From Ascoidea asiatica JCM 7603 (lineage: Eukaryota; Fungi; Ascomycota), in NCBI GenBank assembly GCA_001600695.1, contig BCKQ01000003.1, forward strand, positions 1,365,142 through 1,429,141: DNA of 64,000 bases, given 5' to 3'. Below the pieces are notes generated by a model that worked only from the letters and a program-made list of their open reading frames with translations, had not been told where the DNA came from and made no database searches. Positions within the stretch are counted from its first letter, which is position 1. The number at the start of each line of letters is the position of its first letter. The position numbers and the translations under genes are program-made. Positions 58,203 to 64,000 of the stretch are shown here, one piece after another.

Positions 58203-58469
58203 TGTGGAAACATATGCCTATCTAATACATAGAGTGGTTTGATCCTGATGTATCCTGAATTGCTAGACATGACTCATCCAGTGAATTGTTTTTCTGGTTT
58301 AATACTTAAGGACCACAATTCCCTTTTTGAGTAATCTTTGGAATTTAAATGGCCATCATTCCTACAGACACTTCAGGATCAGTACAGCTCTACTATACAC
58401 CCTCCTGTCTTTGTAGTATTTGTATTAAGTGATCAATTGCAAAATAAAGTTGGCACAACGGTTTTACTA
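58203..58469 (+). repeat. 5' LTR (267 bp)
   Basis: TGTGGAAAC...GGTTTTACTA; about 85% identical to 62459-62727 (hand count ~40 mismatches plus a 2-nt indel); ATGACTCAT at 58269-58277. Confidence 0.88.
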
Positions 58470-58674
58470 AAGTAACAGCTCTAAGCTAAAAATATTTAAA
58501 GATGAAAATGTTTTTGTTTTGAATCTTTGAATGTTAATTATTTAGTTCAATTTTACCGTATAACGTTGATAACTAAAAGCCATCTGTAATATAAAATTCA
58601 GCAAACAACACTGTTGAACTATAAAATATATTTTTTATTTCAAACTGAAAAACCAAAATAATCTATGTTTCAAA

Positions 58675-61494
58675 ATGTAGGATCCTAACGCAAAGGACTA
58701 TGATAAAGAAATTTACCACTCTTGATTCAATCACGCTCCCAGCAATGCTGAGTCAATTCATTAAACTAATGATGCCATATGAGCAAATTTATCAAATTCG
58801 TTTTATTAGATAAATTTTAAAGTATGAAAATGAAAGTTATCTAATAAACAGCATACTACTACAACTCACAATCCTTTAAAAGATCATCAGAAATTTCAAA
58901 ATCATTTTAGATAGTATAAATGTTATGAAAAATTAACCACTTCAATGAGAATGGATTTATGTCTGGCATTATAGACGGTTATAACTGCTCTGAAGTAGAT
59001 GATGAGCCAGCCATTACAAATAAAAGTATTTTCAGTTTATCGAAATTGTGTTTATTATTTAGCTGCGCTTTCAAACTAAACATTTATACTTCACTACCAT
59101 ATCGAGAGCTAAAACGGGAAGCAATTAGAAATTATTGTAACCGTCAATGCAATGGTGAGAATTTAATTTATTTTTATCTTTAAAATAAATTTTCTTAATA
59201 GCAAAATTGTCAAGACTGTTTTGATAATAGTTTGCATACTACTTATTGTTTATATATACTTCATAATCGAGCAGAAAATATCATTGTTAATTTAACCAAA
59301 AAACAAGCAAATCAAATCAATCAATATTTTCAAACAATTTTTATTCTAAAATTTCTTAAAGCTAAATATAGAAAATAGGAAACAACCTATAATAAATTTT
59401 TCGCAATTTTAATAATTAATGAGAAAGACTTATTTGTAAATCTTACCTGAACAATCTTTTATACTTTTAAAACAAAGGGTTGTTGACTATCAACAAAATG
59501 AATATCAATCAAATTTTTTAAGAAGAAAAAATAACAATAACAATAAAAATAAAGATAATTGTAGAGACAATAATAGATTCAATAAAAGTTAAAGGGGAAA
59601 TAGAAAACAAAATCAATATAATGAAAATCGAAAAAGTTCTAATTCAACTTCTATTGATAATTCTGTTCATACTTATAATACAAGAGGTGGTTGTAGAGGA
59701 AGAGGTTTATCTTTAATAAGAACCGGTCGTAGATTCGATAGAGATTTTTAAAACAGATCATCAGCAAGAAATAATTAAAATAATAATAATTCTGAAAATA
59801 CTCGCAATTAACCTTGTTTATCAAATTCTAATGAAGATTCTTCTCAACCTGCAATATATTATGATTCATTCGATCAATATGCTGATCAACAATAATAACC
59901 TCGTTCCACCACCAAGTTAAATTTTATTTCAAATTCTACAAATTCTACAACTCTAAAAAATAACTTAAAAAATAATTCAACTATTACAAATTTTTCTAAT
60001 TTTTCTCAAATCCTTTTATCAAATAATAATTCAAATAATAATAACAATACAATTTCGTTAGATCCTAGTAGGGAATATCATAAAATTAAATTTCTAGTTG
60101 ATTGTAAAGCCTATATAAGTACAATTTGCGGCACTGATTTATTAAAGTCATGTATAATTCATAAAAGTGATACAGATCCATTCAAACTACTTATGGAAAA
60201 TAAAACTACAAGGGAATTTTCAACTTTTTTATCAATCAAATGTTTTTTTCAACGCAACTCCTTTGCAAATTAAATTTATTTATCATCCTTCATTTCAAAA
60301 CTTATTAAGTACCAAATATTTAAATTATGAAAATTTGAATGCTACTTTTATCAAAGATAATCAATTAATCTTAACTCATGAAAATTCTCTATTCAAAATT
60401 GATTCAAATTATTTAACTGTTTTATTACCAAAATCTTTTAAATCTTCTAATTTTTTTTAAAATAATTTATTTATCAATTCTATTAAATCAACTTTCCAAA
60501 TAAATAACTCTAATATTAATAATAATAATCTCTCAACATTTAATTTTCTTAAAAAGAAATCAAAAGATGACATTTCAAAATATTTCACCAATATTTGGGT
60601 CATATTTCAGCTACAAAATTCAAATTTTAAATCTTATAATCAGATTCCTGACCGGATACCCAATATAAATAATAATAATATACATTGTACTACAAGCAAT
60701 ATAGATTCAAGTAATTTACTATTTAAAAAGAATAAAAATCATAGAGATTCAATTAATAATAATATAAGATCCATTGGATTCGATGTACTCGTTTCAACAT
60801 AAATCAGTATCAAATAATAAATATGCACTAATTATTAGTGAATTATCAAGTAAATATATATTGATTTCAATCAGAATAAAAATAAATTTCATCAAACAAT
60901 GTTAATTTTTTAAATCTAATTGATAAAGCTAATCCAAATCAATGACCTATTCAAATTACAAGTGATAGAGCACCAGAAGTTTGTAATAATCAAATGATTT
61001 CAGCTATTCAAGGTGGTGGTAATTTATTGAATATTAGTCCTGGATATGAATTTGGGACAAATGCCGCAATTGAATCAAAAATCAATCAAATTCTTCGTGT
61101 TAGTCGTAAATTCTTAATAGATGCACATTCAGAAGTATTTTGGCATAGTTCAGAAGCAGAGTTACTTGCTTTGTATTGTTCAATTAATTTAACTTTATAT
61201 TATTACAATTTATTCAATGCAATGAAAACTCCAATTAAAAGTATTATAATTTATATTGGTAATCAATCACTTAAAACATTGATTACTAAAGATACAAATA
61301 ACTTAATAAAATTTAATTAATATTCTCTAAATAAAAATATTAAATTACGAAAGGAATTATCAAAACCACATTTTATTATCAAATATGTTCAAAGTGTATC
61401 TAATACAGCAGACATTAATACTAAACCCATAGGTAATCATGATAAATATCCACAGCTTATGTTATCTCCTGTCAATTTACCATTTATACCATGA
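58675..61494 (+). pseudogene. gag-pol remnant with multiple stops and frameshifts
   Basis: ATG-TAG at 58675; RGGCRGRG ~59683; protease-like FLVDCKAYIS at 60091; integrase HQYLGH at 60586, TSDRAPEV at 60958, NAAIESKINQI; RNase H SSEAELLAL at 61147 and KYVQSVSNTADINTKP; TGA at 61492. Confidence 0.82.
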
Positions 61495-61841
61495 AACGAT
61501 CAACCCTATACTAACGTTTATTCGTATTTCAATTTTATTTAATTTTTATTTTATTTCAAATTTTTCAAATTGTTCAGTTTTTTTTTTTTAACTTTTTAAG
61601 CTTATTATTGTTAAGCAAACTATTATTATTACAAATTATACTACTATTATTAAAAATTACTATATTGTTACAGTATAATATTAAAATATACTTATTAATA
61701 AATTACTAATTTAAAGCTTAATGCTGATGATCTGATTCAATTATGCACATGTGAAATATTTAAGGCCTAATGCTAAGTTCCGAATTTAATCTATTTAATA
61801 ATTATCACTAATCATGTTGTTTTCTTATTTAAAATTTAATC

Positions 61842-62030
61842 AAAGCTTCATGCTATTAACAAATTTGAATAATTAAAGCGTATGCTAGTTTAAAATACTA
61901 TTATTAAACGCTATATGCTATATAATTCAAAGCTTTATGCTACATTATTTAAAGCTATAGGCTATATTACTGAAAGCTTTACGCTATTTTATTTAAACCT
62001 TTATGCTAAATTATGAAAAGCTTTATGCTA
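61842..62030 (+). repeat. Array of AAAGCTTTATGCTA-like units, 22-bp period
   Basis: Units at 61842, 61875, 61906, 61929, 61951, 61973, 61995 and 62017; outliers at 61713 and 61762. Confidence 0.85.
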
Positions 62031-62458
62031 AATTATTTTAAAAAAAAAAACAAAAGTTGAGCTTTTTCATGATAATAATTACCAATAAAATAACTTTTAC
62101 TAATATGATAACTATGAGTTTTTCAAGTTATTATCAGCTGTGTGTTCTGCGGACTGATCATTATACTATTAAGTACTTTTCAAGATTCTATTTTCAATAT
62201 TCATCTAAATATTTTTCAAAAAAAAAAAAAATATTTTTCTTTTTTTCTCAATTTTGTTTTTAATTTTTTACTGATTTTCCATTATTTAAAGACTTGAATA
62301 GTTCAATGATGAACTATAGTAAGTATTAGATAGTCTTATTTCAATAGATTAACACATCTAATATTCAAGTTTTTTTATTTAAATTTATTCAATTTTTCAA
62401 ATATTTTGTTTTTTTTCTTCAAATTTGGTTCATATATAGATGTCCAAATCAGGTGGTA

Positions 62459-62727
62459 TGTGGAAACATTGGCCTTTCTAATACATACAGTTGTTTCATC
62501 CTGATGTATCCTGAATTGTTAGACATGACTCATCCAGTGAATTGTTTTCCTGGTTTAATACTTAAGGAGTACAATTCCCTCCTCTTGAGTAATCTCTGGA
62601 GTTTGGATAGCCATCATTCATACAGACCTTTCAGGATCACATTGGTTCCACTTTAAAACCTCTTGTCCTCATAGTCTTTGTATTAAGTAATGAATTACAA
62701 AATAAAGGCAGCACAACGGTTTTACTA
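62459..62727 (+). repeat. 3' LTR (269 bp)
   Basis: Preceded by the PPT AGGTGGTA and followed by the TSD GAGCT; ATGACTCAT at 62525-62533. Confidence 0.88.
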
Positions 62728-63226
62728 GAGCTTATAGCTCCACTTATTTATTAACAGACGTTACTTTCCCACTTAAATTCAGGTATGCACAAAACTAAAA
62801 TTTACTAATTTTTTTCTGTGTCCCAGAGTTAAGTGAAATTTGTCCTGTTATTTTTTTAAAAATTTAGGACGTCATTTAAGCGGAGGCCTAATAGTCAGAC
62901 CCTTAGGATTCCATTTAAAAACAAAATACATGTGCAAAAATGCCTTAGTACTGTGTACTAATAAAGTTACTACAGATATTGACTTTTTTAAAAAAATAAT
63001 ATTTATTAAGAATAAAGAATTGCTGATGATAAAAATCTAAAACTAAAGTTGAAATAAAAAGAAGATATTTGGGGCGTATTTGTATAAAAAATAATGTAGT
63101 ATATAGTAATAAATAGTAATTAATAGTATAAATAATAATAATAGTAATAAATAGTAATAAATAGTAATAAATAGAAATAAATAATAATAAATAAAAAAAT
63201 AAGTAGAACAAATATAGAAAATTAAG

Positions 63227-63890
63227 TTAATTTAGCCTAATAAGATCTTCAGCATCAGATTCCGATGAAACTTCAATTACTAAATGAAATTTAGGAAATA
63301 TCTTTTCAAACATTGCATTCAACACGGAAAATGTGTAAAACATTATCAGGGTAATTTGTTGGATCAATTACAATTTTTCCAATTCAGGATTTGGCTTTCC
63401 TATAGTGAATTTTATTATTTGAATTTTTGAATAATCTAAAGCGGGTTAGACGGTTGAGGGATCTGACTTTTTCCGGAAGCTGATTTTTGACAATATTATA
63501 AATTGATGACGTTATACCTTTTTGAGTAATAATTTCTAGTTTCATTGTTCGGGTTTCAAGATTATTGAGTTTTTGATGATGAGCAATGACAAGCTGAATT
63601 TGAGATTGATTACGTAAGTTATATTTATCTGGTTCTAGGATAACTTGAAAAATAATTATGGAAATTTCTTTTTGAAAATTTAGTTGATATTTATTGATTG
63701 GAAATAAAATTGAATGTATTATAAAAATAAAATTTGTTGATTGAATATGACTATCGAAAGGTAAATTAATAATTGAATCCTAATTGATAGGTTTAAGGGT
63801 CTCAATTTTAGAGGACTGAATTGATTTAATTTTAGTACAGAATTTAAACACTTTAATAAAACCTGATTTTCTCCTATATATGAAAGTGTT
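63227..63890 (-). pseudogene. Possible decayed coding sequence of unknown family
   Basis: Stop-free stretch of ~115 codons (~63780-63437: KEISIIIFQVILEPDKYNLRNQSQIQLVIAHHQKL...) flanked by other protein-like frames (GKIVIDPTNYPDNVLHIFRVEC); no proper start. Confidence 0.3.
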
Positions 63891-64000
63891 CTATATTTAT
63901 ATGAAACTAATAATGCCGCTTTGGAAAAATAAAATGTGATATGGAAGTGATTGGCGCTTGCTTTACCGCAATTAAGAAATATGGCGTTAGTTCAACGAGA

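Larger units (their letters stand above)
58203..62727 (+). mobile_element. Degenerate, internally deleted Ty1/copia LTR retrotransposon
   Basis: Direct LTRs, 5-bp TSD GAGCT (58198-58202, 62728-62732), Ty1-like PPT AGGTGGTA at 62451-62458, and gag-PR-IN-RH remnants in copia order. Confidence 0.88.

Noticed and set aside
58675-61494. RIP-like C-to-T hypermutation of the element
   Set aside because: LTR differences include many transversions and no clear CpA bias; ordinary decay suffices.
61842-62030. CRISPR-like array
   Set aside because: Units are only ~14 bp and degenerate with ~8-bp AT linkers; eukaryotic context with no cas genes.
58117-62747. 17-bp terminal inverted repeats suggesting a DNA transposon
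   Set aside because: Better explained as a pre-existing palindrome split by an LTR element (PPT, LTRs, 5-bp TSD, copia domains); no transposase seen.

Overview
Very AT-rich budding-yeast (Saccharomycotina) chromosomal DNA with long Asn-coding microsatellite tracts and rare short introns. Composition and gene content resemble Ascoidea-like CUG-Ser2 yeasts; this is inference, not demonstrated. About 19 protein genes are present: a partial aldo-keto reductase, SFI1, SMT3, UGA4, a class III aminotransferase, NDUFAF5, DSC3, ARG8, DRE2, a Pac2-type WOPR factor, TCO89, RNR1, MAD2 (spliced), AFG2, VPS34 and three orphans, one of them spliced. The main highlight is two tandem paralogues (18840-20288, 24187-25620) whose N-termini are collinear with the fungal Velvet (NF-kB-like) DNA-binding domain, a family absent from S. 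cerevisiae and C. albicans. They sit behind 3-4 kb intergenic regions, ~15 kb from a WOPR regulator. The second highlight is a decayed Ty1/copia element (58203-62727) with TG..TA LTRs and a GAGCT target-site duplication, inserted in a perfect 12-bp palindrome. Its integrase is fused in frame to RNase H with all of RT deleted, and its long 3' UTR carries a 22-bp-period array. No tRNA, rRNA or CRISPR array was recognised.
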